Of a DNA stretch of 64,000 bases, positions 31,921 through 45,529 are shown one piece after another. The notes beneath the pieces were generated by a model, which saw only the letters and a program-made list of their open reading frames with translations, did no database searches and was not told the origin of the DNA. This stretch comes from Hormiphora californensis (taxonomy: Eukaryota; Animalia; Ctenophora), in contig CM035357.1 in NCBI GenBank assembly GCA_020137815.1, positions 3,534,001 through 3,598,000 on the forward strand, read 5' to 3'. Positions within the stretch are counted from its first letter, which is position 1. The number at the start of each line of letters is the position of its first letter. The position numbers were made by a program, and so were the translations under genes.

Positions 31921-34900
31921 TCAATCTGACTTCTCGACTCCACAAAACTTCAATTTACTAGCCACATCCGTGGGTAGGGTCGGTAAATGTCGCTCTAACA
32001 AAGTCTTAAACTCATCTCCAACAAACACATACTTGATAAAGTACATGAAATCAACGAACAGATCAGGATTGCTTGCGGAGTTCTCACTCAACAAACTGAA
32101 CATGACTTGATAGAGGGAGTAGAGGATTTGTTTCCGTGTGTTTGTGTTGCGATCCCAGTGCCGAAGGAAGGGAGAGAATAGTTTGAAGACATAAACAACC
32201 TGGCACTCCGTTTGAAGGTGAGTCGAGTTTTGGGTTATAAACTCGGGGATATAATCGACACAATCGTTCTTGCAGTGTTGTAGGAATGAGTGAGTTAAGG
32301 AGTAGGAGGCTCTGAGCTGTACTGGACCATGTTGTACCATTGTAGAAACTGTGTTGAATCAGGCTAACAAATCAGCAATCCTTGCAAAGACAGCTTTGGA
32401 GAAGGAGAAAGGGAGAGCTGAGAAGACAAGGGAGACCGTGTTATACATTTCTGGGTTTCGTGATGTCATGGCTGTTTCGACAAGTTTGTGGCCGATAGCG
32501 AGCCGGTGGGCGGTGAGAGGATCACCATGTTGTGGTGGGGTGGGTGGAGGAGGCATGGCTAACAGCTCAATACTAGTCAGATACAACATCAGACAGGCCG
32601 GGTTAGTAAACTCGTTGAATCTCCAATTAACGTGCCCTAAAATGTCCGCTCCTTCTTTTAAGCGCATCATTCATCTTCTTTAACAGCTTCAGTGTAGTAC
32701 GTTCTAGATACCTCCCACCTTCCCTCCTCTGAGGTGACATAACTGACAAGTTGAGGTGTCATGACGTCTAGAGGTTTATAGGGCTGGACCTCGAGGAAAC
32801 ACCGAATTAGGACTCTCTTTTCCAACTCTCGCTCAGGGGTAGAGAGAATGGAGTCGTAGAGAATTAGGGTGTCGTGAAGGTATCTAATTGGAGTATCATG
32901 GAATGCGAATAACCCGGAATATGTCTTTAAAATCAGGATTAACCACTCCCGATTGTTCTTTGGTTTCAACTCGATCAACCGGTGCAGGACTAAATCTAAC
33001 ACCGGTATAAATCTCAAACACAGGTTAGTGTAGTAGACAGGGAGGTAGTTACACCCGCCCTGGTTAGACCCGGGGAAATCAGACTTCACAAAGTATTGAT
33101 GCTCTGGATACTTCTGGTGGTAGTCAATATGGGTAGCAGTCCAATCTCTAATCTTCCAGAACTCTGGTGATGCACGCGATAGGAACCTTTCAACTCTCTC
33201 CTTCAGGTGTCCCCGTTTCACCAACAGATGGAACACCAGGTAGAATGCTATGATGGCATCTTGTTCGGTGTATTTCCGGAGCATGATAACCAGGATCAGG
33301 GTATCAAAAGGTACAATGTGATAGTTAAAGACGAAATTAGTAAGGATCTGACTGATCTTACTGAAGAGTATCACACTACCCTTACTGTTGGTTATCTCGA
33401 TCACAATGAAATCCACAAGGTTCCGGAGTTGCTGTTTCATTGTTCCAGCGTCCCAGGATGACGTCACTTTAGCTGCATATGCCGGCATGATTTCAACCTC
33501 AATATTCTTCCGGAGCATCAGACACAGGAAGATGTTATTGTTGTCCTTCTCCCGGAAGTGTTTCGCCAGATCTTGTTTCATGCCGTGCTGGTTAACTCTG
33601 TTAGCTTCCTCTGTTACCAAGTAAGGAAGGTTAACCGGTGGTTGTGATTGAGGGGCGGGAGGGTAACCGGGCTGTTGTTGCTGTTGGGGGTTGTTTTGGG
33701 GGTGGTAGGTGATGTAATTAGCGATGAATGGTGGGAAGTGTTTAGAGGTCATTGGACTCCATTCGACCCAACCAGGGGTATGGTGGGTCATGAAGTCGAA
33801 GAAGGATTTGCCGAGTTGAGTGTTCCTGTTTCCGGAGACTATGGCTTCCCTGGCGAGGGATAGGAGGAAGATCTTGTTGATTTCTTCCGATGATGTGGAT
33901 AGGATTTTCAGGTTCTGAGAGAGGGGAAGAGGAGGGTTGGGAATCGGGAGAGTTTACTGTTTCAGTTTTTCTCAAGAAGGCTTTTATTTTCTAAAAACAA
34001 GAAGAAGAAAGAGAGATAGGGAGAGATAGTGTAGTGGGGAGAATGAGAGGGACAGTGAGAGAGAGAGAAAGTGAGAGAGAGACAGAGACACAAAGAGTGA
34101 CAGATTGCTTAACTCTACCTATATGGGTATTCGTGGGAGTTGAAAGAGGGAGAGAAGGATTAAAGAGAGGGCTGAGGGAGGGTTAGATGGGGAAAAAAAG
34201 ATTGCTTAACTCTACCTATATATATACCTGTGTGGAAGAGCTGATTCTCTGATGATCATGGTTACTGAACAGTTGCATCAGTCTCACAATATAACTCTCG
34301 GAGAGATACAGTAGTTGAGGTTGGTGTCCCACACGTTGTTGACTGTTTTGGGAGAGCGTCTGGAGGTGTGTTAACATGGTTACACGGATACCAGTCTGGT
34401 GCATGTATTGTAACCTGGCGGGGATAGAGAGAGGAGGTGAGATAAAGAGAGAGTTATAATGTTACGAATGATTAATTCATGTTACTAACTAGACTACTTA
34501 CCATGGTGGGACCATGGTCCACTAATTACTCTAACTATCCACTAATTATGCTCCACTAATGATATATTACCCACTAATTATGCTCCATTAATTACTAACT
34601 ACCCACTAATTACACTGACCTGTGTATGAACATCTCTGTTAACCCCGCCAAGATAGGGTAAGCATTAGCGTTCATCATCGCATTATACATGTTCATGTAC
34701 ATCTTATTCAAACAGAAACAATCCACTTCAGGGAAGGGCAGTAACCGACCATAAGTCTCCAACAGAGCGGGGGTAAGACAAGATGAAACCGGTTCAGTGT
34801 TTTGTGGATTCGCTACTCTCATGATGTGGTTTGTTATAAACACGTTCAAGTTCATTTTAGTGTGCGATGTTAACATTTCCAAACTCGACATAGCAATAGG

Positions 34901-37199
34901 GACCTGGGCCGCTAGGACGGTCACATTTCCGGGGAGCAGGAGTGTGTTCGAGCTACTGCAGATCATGTCTATCAGATGCCGGAGGGGACGGGAGGTAGAA
35001 TCGGGTGAGCTAGCAAAGTTTATCAGGAAGTTATGGACGTGGTTGAGGGCCGCACAGACAGTGAAATCATTAGGGAAGGTGTGGTGAGGAGCCAGTAGGA
35101 AGGAGATGTGATCGAACAGAGCCACTGGGGCAGGTTCTTGTAGTCCTGGGTTATCAAAAGACCGGGTAGCCAACATTGTCCATACAGAGGCAGCTGCCAG
35201 GGTTAGCACACCACCTGGGGAGGGTTCTGGAAGGGGCAGCGGTGAGGGGTCCGGGTAGAGTAGTTTAATTACCTCACAGAGGAAGAAGAAGTTCTTCTTT
35301 TGCAGTTTGAACATTCGGAGATAGAGGCCAAGAGAGCTGTTGATGGTCCACATCAGATAGTCTCTGTGTGGGGTGAGAGATGCAAGGAGAGTTGAGGATG
35401 GCCGCTTCATTTCCGCGTATAACGTCTCCCACACATGCTTCAAGTCTATGGTCCTGTTGACAAACAGAGACCCAATTTCACCGGCCGTGTTCCGAAGGAT
35501 TCTCAGTCTGCCGCTGCTGTTAACCCCTCCCTCTCCTCCTACCCCTACTGCATCTTTTATCAGTTGAATATAGACCTTGTCTAGTGGGGGACAAACAGTT
35601 CCCTTTCCAGATCGGAGATTCAGCATTGTGTTTGTAACAAAGTCCCTACATGATGGCTGCTTTAGGGTATATTTCATGAGATCGAGTTGGGGTTGAGCGT
35701 AGGGACCTTGGAAGCGGAGGATAAAGAAGTTAGGATCAGCGGTGTGGAATCGAAGGGTGCTTTGGTCTAATTTCCAGGCAGTTGGCGTGTTGTAGGAGTG
35801 ACCAATCACAGGACGGAGATACTCTGTGTTTTCAACAGTCATCAGGTGGATCAGGGAGTCAAACGTGCCAAGATATCTGGGGAGATGGGGGTATTAAGCT
35901 AGCTTACAAAGTTACAACAAAATCACCCGGTCCTGATCTCATCAGACATTAATATGGCGCTCGAATTACTACTATATATTCCTGAGATCTAAAGCGTAGA
36001 ATATTCAAAACGCTAACCTGTTGAACATTTCGTTGACAGACCAGTGTGGATAATGATCCGGTTTGGAGTACTCTATCATGAGAGAGCAGTAGGAGCACAG
36101 AGGTGGCATCACAAGGGTGTCTCTGTCCAGGAGCTTCCGAATCATTCCCGTTAATCTGGCAGCAAGACGGTGGTGGGAACCTGGGAAGGAGAATGAGATT
36201 AGATTGGAAAACGGGAAGACGGACGTGTAGCTGTGTAAAAATTTAAATAAGACTAGGATTGTTTGCTAACCCCGGGTAGAGGGGTTGCAATGGTGACAAA
36301 TGGTGATGGTGTGGGAAGAGGGGATCGAGTAAGGGATCGAGACAGTACCTGTGAGTGTATTTGGTAGTTTATCAATCTGTTGGAAGCACACAGTAAATAT
36401 CTCCTGACACGTTTTATGATCCTTGTGTCCGATCAGCCCATCATACAAAGTCAACAGTTCCATAGTTAGATTCTCTCCATTCAGTTGGAATAGCTCCTTC
36501 AGTGCCTCGCAAACCTCCATACCACCTAGCAGACCATCCCTTACAGCAGCACCTAGCTCTCCTAATAACAGCCTGATTCTAAGTGGATTGTTCATCACTT
36601 CAGGAGCTTGGACAGTGGCGGAGATCTGGCTGACAGCCAACTTTTTGTTGGTTCCCACTTTTTCGGAGATACCCTCCCTGATTAGGTTGGAAACGTTGGT
36701 TTTGATGTCGTCCATGGAGAGATGGGAGAAGGACATTATTACAGGGTCATCAGCACCTGAGAGAGAGGAGTCGGGTTAGTGGAGCAGAGGGGAGGGGAGT
36801 ATTAGAGGGGAACTGAGAGGAGTGGGTTAGAGGAACAGAGAGGGCAATTATAGTGGGATTAGTGGGACAAAGTGGAGAATGAGAGGGGCCCCGGGGATTG
36901 GGAGTATCATCCCATGGTAGGTGGGGACTGGTGAATCTAAATGGTAGGTGGAAATCTACAAACAGCGAAACAGCTACATGACACTTACCAAGACAAGAAA
37001 GAAGTTTATCCTTCAGATTATCTGGACTGGTTGTTGGTATTATAGGGGTAGGTGGGGGTAGTTGGTTTGGAGGTCCGGGTGGGAGGCCCACCATCGGTCC
37101 ATGTGGGTGTACGTGGGGTCCTGGTGGGGGTGGTGGGCCGCCCCCCGGTGCTGGCGCCATGCCAGGATGCATCCCTTGGAACTGGTGTATGGGGAACAT
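31921..37199 (-). CDS. MED23: Mediator subunit 23, multi-exon, with apparent assembly frameshift and stop near 32.36-32.68 kb
   Basis: AWKLDQSTLRF...PQLDLMKYTLKQPSCRDFV, RDYLMW, LTPALLETYGRLL, SEEINKIFLLSLAR, LPVYYTNLCLRFIPVLDLVLHRLIEL, WRFNEFTNPA. Confidence 0.9.
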
Positions 37200-37469
37200 T
37201 GTATTGGGACAAGAGATGTATCTCAGATATATCAGGTGCTTTCAGGAACTTATCGGGATTCAAGGTTCTCGGTTTCAAGATTCAGAGTTCGTGGTAATTC
37301 CGAGCAAAGTGTACAGAGCTACATCGCTAATTAAGAGAGAAAGTGGTTAGTAATGAAACAGAGAAAACCAGAAAATAATACCTTATTTTGCTACTATCTG
37401 ACGTTGAAACATATTGGAAATGAAATATATTAAAAATGAATATTTTACAAAAAACAATTTAATATTCAT

Positions 37470-39643
37470 TTACAGTCTGACACGTTTCTTTTTTCTGGCA
37501 ATCAGCTCATTACTTTCATTCTCCTTCCCTTGTCGTTTCCGTAACCCATGCCGAGTTTCCGGTATGGCTAACAATTGTCTCGAAGCTAGATCCATATCAT
37601 ATGGCACCTTGTTTTTGTTCCTTTTCCTACTCCGTGTAACTGGAACTATAGGTCGTTCAGGGGATGGTAGTGACTGAGTTGTCACGATCTGACCATCACC
37701 AACAACACGGACTAGACCCTGCACAAATGTATCACCATCTTCTCTGATGACGTCAGTAACAGTACTACCATCCTCTCTGATGACGTCAGTAACAGTATCA
37801 ACATCTTCTCTGATCTGTTTATTATTTGGTGTCTTGATAGCCCGCTCCAAACCAACAGTTTCTAAAACGTGTACAGACGTATCAGGGGACTCCTCCTCTC
37901 GTTCAGGGGTCTGGAATACTACAACATGAGAGGTTTCAGGTGTTGCAACAGGAGAGGTTTCAGGTGTTGCGTAGATATCTTCTGAGGATTTCTGGCTATC
38001 AAACCGCTGACGAGGATCATCCTTTAATTCTGGTGTTGAGGTATTAGGTGAATCTCCAATCACAACGACTTCCGCTTCTTGAGGCTCCTGAGTATCGATG
38101 AAAATCAGCTCAAGATTCGTCTCAGCATCACCTTGTTGCTGGGATAGGACGTCAATAACTGCAGTGTCAGCTTTCTCCTGCTGTGTTTGTGAGAAGACGT
38201 CAATTATTTCTGGTATGGGAGTCTTTTCGGGAGCCTCCTCTGTCAGTAGTTCAGGAGTCTTTTCAGTCACTAACTGGGGAGCTGGAGTCTTTTCAATCAC
38301 TAACTGGGGAGCTGGAGTCTTTTCAATCACTAGCTGGGGAGACTTCTCAATCACCAATTCACCATTCTCGTCTACTGGCTGGGATAAAACCATAACGACG
38401 TCAATCGTCTCCCTCGGATTCTCATTCTCTTCCTCTGGAGGGTTTGGTGGGGAACCTTTAACCTCTAAACAAGGAGTGGGTTCAATAGATTCGGATAGGA
38501 TATTTTCCTCCTGGGTCTCAGATAAAATGACCTTTTCGGGTTCCCCATCCTCCTCGAGAGACATTAACACCTCGTCCGCTAGCATGTCAAGGTTGAGAAT
38601 TGAATCCTCCGAATCCTCCTGGTGTTCCTGATTCTCAGAATCCTGGTGTTCCTGATTCTCCGTGTTCTCACATTCTTGCTGTTCCTGATTCTCAACAGGC
38701 AGATCTTGAGAATGTTCATTCTGCTGTTCAGGAATTGCTACATCTGGTGATCCGGTTGAAACCTCCTCAGGTTCTTTCTGTGATCCAACCTCATATGGTT
38801 GTTGATTAGTTGCTGATTCCTCCTCTTGATTAGTTGCTGATTCCTCTCCATTGGGTTGTTGATTAGCTTCGCCTGCTAATTCCTTTTCTGGTTGATTAGT
38901 TGCTGATTCAGGTTGTTGATTAGTTGTTGATTCAGGGGGTGTTTCCTCAATTGAAGAGCAGGTCAGGTCTGCTAGGTTCTCTTTAACCCCAGCCCTTCTA
39001 AGAACACTCTCAAGTGAGACTCGTGATGATGGTCGATGTGGCCCTAAGTTAATCTCACCTTCCTCGATCACAGAGTTCTTAGATCCTACATTCTGTTTAC
39101 CTCCTGCTGCTGCTTCTCTGACTGGTGGATTTTGTGTTGACGTAGCGATGGGACAGTCTAAGAAAACCTCTGTATGTGAAACTGGAACAATTGAGGTTCT
39201 GCTACTCCTGGATAGGCTTGTTGTTGATGATTTTTGTTCCCCTAGATGGACCGCTATCCAAGATATCATCAATATCCTCCTTTGACAACCCATATTTAAC
39301 CCTCAACTCTTCCACATACTCTCTCACCTCCTCGCTATGCAATAAACCCTTCTTTCTCTTCCGTTTTGAAGGATCAGTTTGTGTTGTGCTATCCTTAACC
39401 CTCAAATTCCGGGACACTTGAAGTTTGAATTCCCGGCCACTCCCGTTAGTTAATGGGATGACACGGAACCGCTGTCCCTCGTGGCAGATGGGGAATGGGA
39501 CTCGCGGCGATGGTCGTTGGATCTCAACTAGGAATTGTTCTACGGCTACATCGACCAGTTGGAGGGGTAGATCAGAGGGTAGGAGGGTTGTAAAGGATAG
39601 GGCTGTGTTGGACCGGAACTAGCTTGGTGTAATGGGTCTGCAT
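37470..39643 (-). CDS. Unknown acidic, disordered protein (~720 aa after repairing two single-base insertions)
   Basis: 607-aa E/Q/P-rich ORF plus upstream frames. Acceptor at ~39658, ATG at 39643, DSTTQTD motif, basic NLS-like clusters. Confidence 0.65.
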
Positions 39644-39983
39644 TGTAGCAGGGAAACCTGGGAGGGAGGGAGTGTTATACAGGGCTTGGAAATGGAAGGA
39701 AGCTGCCGTAATGGTGCCAGGTGATAAATTGAGGGTAATCAGTAATGGAGTGAAAAAAAAGGTTGTCTTTTACTTACAGTTTAGTTAGTCAAGGGATAGT
39801 CACAAACGCCTCATTAATCAGAAGAAGCCCCTTCACAAAAGTATCACATAGCTAGAAGAGAGAGATGAAAGTTAGTTTGGAACATGTTTACCTGTTAGAT
39901 ATATTAGTTGTACACGTGACACAGTAAAGAAAATTGTCTGGGATGGGTTAAAATAAAAAATAAATACACCCACACAGAAGTAT

Positions 39984-40691
39984 TTATCGGTTAGATTTGG
40001 CAACTCGCTCCAGCTCAGTCCTTCTTCTTGATCGGCGTAACTGTTCGATGATCCCTTGGCGGCGTTCACAAGCTCATCAGCGAGGCACTCAGGCGATCGT
40101 TTTTACGTTCCTGAAAGCGGCTTCTCGGGCACCGGTGCACAGCAGCCAGATAGCCTGGTTGACTCTCCTCATAGGGGAGACATCGACGGCCTGTCGTCGG
40201 ACGGTACCAGCTCGTCCAATCCTGGTGGAGTCCTCCCGGGGTCCGGAGTTGATGATGGCATCAACCAAGATCTGGAGGGGGTTCTCCTGGGTCATCAGGT
40301 GGATAATCTCAAAGGCGTGCTTCATGATCCTCATTGAGAGCAGTTTCTTTCCGTTGTTCCTTCCGTGCATCATCATGGAGCAGATGATCCTCTCAACGAT
40401 GGGGCACTGCGCCTTCCTGAACCTCTTCTTGGCGTACCGTCCAGCGGTATGGGGCAGGTAGACAGCATACTTGTCCTTGATTCCAATGTAGTCTGTCAGG
40501 GAGATGTCCTTCATTTGGACCTCACTGGGGTTCCATTTGCCGAACACAAAGATATCTGGCATGTCAGATTCGACCTCATCAGCGATGTTGTCACCCCATT
40601 CTCCGACATCAACACCGTCATCAGCGGGAGCATCACCCCATCCAGCGTCGGCATCAGCCACAGGGTCCTCAGTAGCCCAATCTTCAGACAT
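39984..40691 (-). CDS. RPS5: 40S ribosomal protein S5 (uS7)
   Basis: [49 protein letters not shown]. The C-terminus [34 protein letters not shown] is recovered after removing three inserted bases. Confidence 0.96.
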
Positions 40692-41145
40692 ATTGGTCTT
40701 GCTGCTACAAGGAAGGAAGATCGGGTGTTAGAGTTGTGCACTGTGCAGCTGCTAAGATACGGGTTGGGGTTAGAGTCGGGGCAGTGGATTGCGGCGGATT
40801 TGGGTATTTGTTTTGGGTACTGACGATAAGGATTACAACGGGCATTACAACTCAGAAAGGAAAATCTATAACAGGGGAGGTGGTGGGGGGGGAGGAAGTT
40901 CAGGAAAAAAACAGCAAATCTTTTTGGAATTATCTGGATTACATTTTGAAACTCACACAAACAGCAGTGAGTGTGGGTTTATGGGTGAATTGTACACAAC
41001 AAAAGATCTATACACAGAAAATGGAGCAGATTGTCTCTCTCGCTCAAAAATATATCATATTGCACGCTTTTTTCCGCACTTGCAGACTCTTACAATGTCT
41101 TTTTAGCTAAGAGTTCTACAAGATTTTTACCAACCTGAACAAGTT

Positions 41146-42960
41146 TTAACCACGCCGGGCACCTCCAGTAAGTGAAATTGTCGTCCCTTTTTTCTTCTTT
41201 TTCTTGCCACCACCACCGCCAGTTTGAGGTTTCACCGCTGCAGTCTCCTGGTGTTCCTCCCCTCGACCCAGATTAGCAAACGCAACATTCAGACTCGCAC
41301 TGAACGATTTCTGGTAGGACGGAGCACCCTCAACACTTATATCTGAACTGGTAGAATTGATCCTCTCTCTGTCATTGTGAGCCAGTCTCACCCAGGGTGT
41401 TCCACTACTCGCCCCTGCACGGAGTTTCTCAGCAAATGATGAGGGTGGAGGTTGGTGGTAGGATGAGGGGAGAGAGGACAAGGCATCATTGTATGTTTGG
41501 GCTGTCTTGTAAAGCTCTGTAGGGACACAGGAAACCTCACTGTACCTGGGTAAATATTCACTACACCGGTAATTAACCTCTTTTTCAGCCATCTTTTTGG
41601 AGAGCCTATTCGTGTACGCTGCCTCCTTCTTCTCCTTTTTCTCCCTCGCATTAGATCTCCTCTCGATCGTCTCTTGAAACTGCAGGTACGTCTCCTCACT
41701 TACAAGTGGTTTAACATCAAACTCACAGAATGTCACAGTAGCCCCGAGGGGAAGGTGAGAGAAATACCGGTATCGGGATCGCAGTTCAGGAGACTGAGTA
41801 TGTTGTTCTACTGCTGTGATCGTGGCTGTTATCTCAGGAAATGCTGCCTCTATTGAACCACATTCGTGAATAATACACCGTGTTACAACTGGGTGCACAA
41901 AGAGGGATTGCCCATCGGAGGATTGGTAGAAGTACACCCTCGGCTCATCTGACTTCTCGTTCTGTCTCTTCTCCGGCGAAGACTTCTTTTTCTCTTCCAT
42001 TTTACTGTAACACTCTCCCTTCCTCTCCTCAACCTGTTCCAAACACCTCAGAACATACGGAACTAACTCCTCATCTCTATCATCTAGTTGAGCCCGCAGT
42101 TCCCCCTCCTGCGACATGTAAACCTCACTGAGAATCTGTGCTGGATCACCAGCCAGAACAGAGCTAAACTGGACACTCCAAGGGGAGGAGAGTTTAGGGA
42201 TGGTAGATCGGGGTGGAGGGCTCTCCCCCGCAGGGACGACAAATCTACCGCTCTTCCGACGGGATACAAGCTTGAATGTCACCTCATCACCAACAGAATA
42301 ACTCGGTTTGGGGGAGTATTTTAGAGGTCTGAACTCTGCTAAAATGAGTGGTTTGTGACAGATAGGGCAGTCTCCTCCTGGGCAGTTATCAGCGAATCTG
42401 AGGGCACAAGCGTAACACATGGCATGCCCACAAACAGGGCTCATTGGGCAAGATGGAGGGTAGAGACAGATGGGGCAGGCAGCAGGTTCTTCTGTAGTCC
42501 TAACTTGAACCACGTCAACCCAACTAGCAAAGTTATCAATGGTTGTCAAGTCACCTGTCACAACATCATCTGGAAGAAGGAACTGACACGACACATTCAC
42601 ATAGTCCTCTTTAACAAAATCAGCTACATGCTTTCTCGAACTCCGGTGTTCGCCAGGGGAGGTAGCAGTTGGTCGGTAGAGTCGGAAATTAGCTAGATCG
42701 TTCACAACAACTCCCCTGCTGTTTTTCTTCCCGCTCTTCCTGTTGCTTCTCTGTTGCTCATCTTGTTCCTCGTTTACACCACCATTTCCTCGCCCCTTCT
42801 CTCGGGATCTAGTCTGGTTATTATTATTGGTCGTTTTCCTACCATTTCCACCCCTCCCGCTAGCGCCCCTCCATCCTCCACCTCCCCTTCCTCCATTTCC
42901 ATCGTACTTCTGTTGTTGTGCTGAGTTCTGCATGTTCACCACCGCTGGGCTGTCGGACAT
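41146..42960 (-). CDS. RNF10: RING finger protein 10 (Mag2-like E3 ligase)
   Basis: C3HC4 RING CPICLYPP..CGHAMCYAC..CPIC, YFYQSSDGQSLFVHP, RYRYFSHLPLG, poly-Lys C-terminus. Confidence 0.9.
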   Translation of the reverse strand: MSDSPAVVNMQNSAQQQKYDGNGGRGGGGWRGASGRGGNGRKTTNNNNQTRSREKGRGNGGVNEEQDEQQRSNRKSGKKNSRGVVVNDLANFRLYRPTATSPGEHRSSRKHVADFVKEDYVNVSCQFLLPDDVVTGDLTTIDNFASWVDVVQVRTTEEPAACPICLYPPSCPMSPVCGHAMCYACALRFADNCPGGDCPICHKPLILAEFRPLKYSPKPSYSVGDEVTFKLVSRRKSGRFVVPAGESPPPRSTIPKLSSPWSVQFSSVLAGDPAQILSEVYMSQEGELRAQLDDRDEELVPYVLRCLEQVEERKGECYSKMEEKKKSSPEKRQNEKSDEPRVYFYQSSDGQSLFVHPVVTRCIIHECGSIEAAFPEITATITAVEQHTQSPELRSRYRYFSHLPLGATVTFCEFDVKPLVSEETYLQFQETIERRSNAREKKEKKEAAYTNRLSKKMAEKEVNYRCSEYLPRYSEVSCVPTELYKTAQTYNDALSSLPSSYHQPPPSSFAEKLRAGASSGTPWVRLAHNDRERINSTSSDISVEGAPSYQKSFSASLNVAFANLGRGEEHQETAAVKPQTGGGGGKKKKKKGTTISLTGGARRG

Positions 42961-43258
42961 TGCTTGGTTGCAATTGTAATGATGTATCCGAACTGTTCAT
43001 TTTATAGAGTTTTAACAGGCCATGATGTCTTTCTTCCAAAATGTAATCGTGTTTCGTATTCGTTGTAATGATAGTGTTCTGGATAGCGCTAAATGGAGGA
43101 GGAGTCGGGTGTTAGAGGTCTGGTGGCAAATATAGAAATGGTTTAAATTGATTATTAAATTGGGAAAATAAATGGAAACAAACAATAAAACACAAACAAT
43201 CTATTTACAAAACCACACACCGGGAAATGTTCATTGATTCTAAACTGATCTGACGCCA

Positions 43259-44194
43259 CTACGAACTACTTTTAAACACTTTCTGTTTCAACATTGCAGT
43301 CATAACCCCGCTCAGAGCCTCAATTGCAGTCTTTGTTCCGTCAGTGGAGATTTTGGAACAATCGTCCCGAGTTGTTGGCATCTGTTGACACTTGCTCAGT
43401 TTACAAGACATATCATTCACTTGATTAGAGATATAGTTCTGATTACTTGAGTCGACATTGCTTGACAGTGCATTGATCCTATACTGCTTCCAGAGAGAGT
43501 TTAACAGTTTCTCGTCGAACGAAGAACGGAAATAAGACACATCAAGCGGGTAGTAATGCTTGCAGTGGACACCAAAGTCTTCGATTTTGTGGAGTGGGAT
43601 ACTTTGATACCTACTTGGACCTCCCTCCGTTATCTTATGATTTTCAGAGTACGTCCGGAACGCTCCCAGATCGACCTTCCCTGACGACAACGTCCTGATG
43701 GGATCCACAACTATGGCAATGAAAGGGTCCTGGTATTTCTGGTTGTTCATCTGGGTAGTAACATCAATCCCTGACAACCAGCACCCATATCCGGGGTGAG
43801 AATGATACCAACCAACCACGTTCTCCTCCCGTCCGACTTCCTTAGCACTGCTCTGGAAGTTAACCATGTACTCATAGGCAGCTAGATTGGCATTAACACG
43901 CGTCTCAGTGCCTTCCACCGGCAAAGCAAACACGTCCATCACAATAATTGAGTTACCGTCAGTTTTACCGACCATCAATCCCATCACCTCGATATTTCCA
44001 CCTGACTGGGCGTGCATAACCATCTTTAGAAGTGCAAGGGCAGAAATTTTGGTGGATTTGAAGTAGTGAACGTCGTCCTTCCATGGCTGACTTTGAATCA
44101 CACGCTGATGTTCCTCGGCGTCAAACGTAAAGTGACCATCCCCGATCGTTTGGATGTTATTTTCAGCGATAAACGCATCTAGGGACGCTGACAT
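43259..44194 (-). CDS. COPS5: COP9 signalosome subunit 5 (JAMM metalloprotease)
   Basis: [59 protein letters not shown]. Confidence 0.97.
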   Translation of the reverse strand: MSASLDAFIAENNIQTIGDGHFTFDAEEHQRVIQSQPWKDDVHYFKSTKISALALLKMVMHAQSGGNIEVMGLMVGKTDGNSIIVMDVFALPVEGTETRVNANLAAYEYMVNFQSSAKEVGREENVVGWYHSHPGYGCWLSGIDVTTQMNNQKYQDPFIAIVVDPIRTLSSGKVDLGAFRTYSENHKITEGGPSRYQSIPLHKIEDFGVHCKHYYPLDVSYFRSSFDEKLLNSLWKQYRINALSSNVDSSNQNYISNQVNDMSCKLSKCQQMPTTRDDCSKISTDGTKTAIEALSGVMTAMLKQKVFKSSS

Positions 44195-45490
44195 ATTTCA
44201 CTAGACAAGGGCGATCTACGTTTTTAAACCCAGGTCGGTGGGATTCTTCCGCTAAAAAGTTTAGGGGTCTCTGTGCTAGCGCGAACGAACTTCTCTCACC
44301 ACGGAAAAGGGGACAAAGACAAAAGTTTAGGGTCGGCCGTCGGTTTCGACAAGATAAGTTTCAAAATTTCATGTCAAAATAACGCCGCGCGTAGTTCGAC
44401 GCAGACTTTTTTCGCGCGTTACTGTTTTTGTCAATTATTGCAGCGCATTTTTCTTAATTTCGTACTGAAATTTAAAACTTGGAACCTTTTTTCGCGGATT
44501 TTCGAGCATTTTCCCCAAACTTTGGAATGCGCTGCAGCCCCCTCATGCGCGCACCCCCGCAACGAGGGGACTGAAGGGAATGCCGCGCGCGCGTTTGGCC
44601 TGAGCTCAGGACGGGCCCGGCTGGGAAAACGTTAAAATCTGGGTGCCTTTCATTGCTAACAATTCGTAGTTTTGGCGCGCGCGACGGGTTAGGGCTATCC
44701 GTTAGGGTCTGGTTAGGGTTTGGTTTGGGGTTACCGGTTAGGGCTATCGATTCTCTAACTGATACCGTTTAGTTTACACAAATCGGCCATGTGGTTCCAT
44801 GGCTATAGCCGTTTGAAAAAAGTCGGTCTAAGTATACTCTTTTGGCAGCGCGCACCTGTAAACAGGCTGCAAGGCACCCAGATTATAATCGCGCCCGCCC
44901 GGCTGGGTCGAAGATAACTTTGCGAGCGAAAAAACGGCGGTGCTTATAACTTTGGCCCCTGAAGTCCGTTTGACTTGATTCTTTCACTAGCTGTTAGATC
45001 TGACAATTATCTACCTTGCTGTTTATGAGAGGAGTTAATTGGACTTCAGGAGGCCGAGCAATAACCGTTCAAAGATGGGTTGTTTTCAAAAAGTGACGTC
45101 ACAGATCCCTGCAGGGACACTTTGTTTCAAATTTGAATTAAAATCTCGAATTTTTTTATTTTACCGCACTCGATTTTGCGGAGTTTGGTTCATATCTCCT
45201 GTTCCTGATAAGATAGAGACCTGAAACCGGTTGCATTTGAAAGCTGTTATCTTCCTCTTTCCAACGCTACCAAAACGATTTCTGTACCTTATCTGGAACC
45301 GGAGATATGATTGATTATGTATTCCCCCCCAGCGCGGTATTCCCTCCAGGCCCCTTATATTATATTATAAGGGGCCTGCAACGTATGCCAACCCCAAACT
45401 TTTCGCCTTTGCTGCAGTTTTTGAACCTTTTCACGCTTCCTTTTAAGGCACAGAACTTTACCGCAGCTTGTTAACAGACCTACAAAATTT
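44195..45490. promoter_or_regulatory. Probable divergent promoter region between COPS5 and ITFG1
   Basis: Head-to-head genes and a CGCG-rich island at 44270-44630. Positional inference only. Confidence 0.5.
44625..44897. repeat. AAGGCACCCAGATT-end family element with internal GTTAGGG repeats
   Basis: Inverted AATCTGGGTGCCTT / AAGGCACCCAGATT near both ends; homologous to 760-980. Confidence 0.75.
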
Positions 45491-45529
45491 CAGGAAGTGA
45501 AATGTGAAAATACAAGCAGAAAAAATGTC

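Noticed and set aside
32359-32361. In-frame TGA in MED23 as selenocysteine or readthrough
   Set aside because: No SECIS recognised, MED23 is not a known selenoprotein, and nearby consensus errors make an artefact more likely.
39984-40094. RPS5, MED23 and ITFG1 as pseudogenes or programmed-frameshift genes
   Set aside because: The proteins are otherwise well conserved and the insertions follow an assembly-error pattern.
44686-44745. TTAGGG-like repeats as an interstitial telomere
   Set aside because: Few, interrupted units that are internal to a dispersed repeat.
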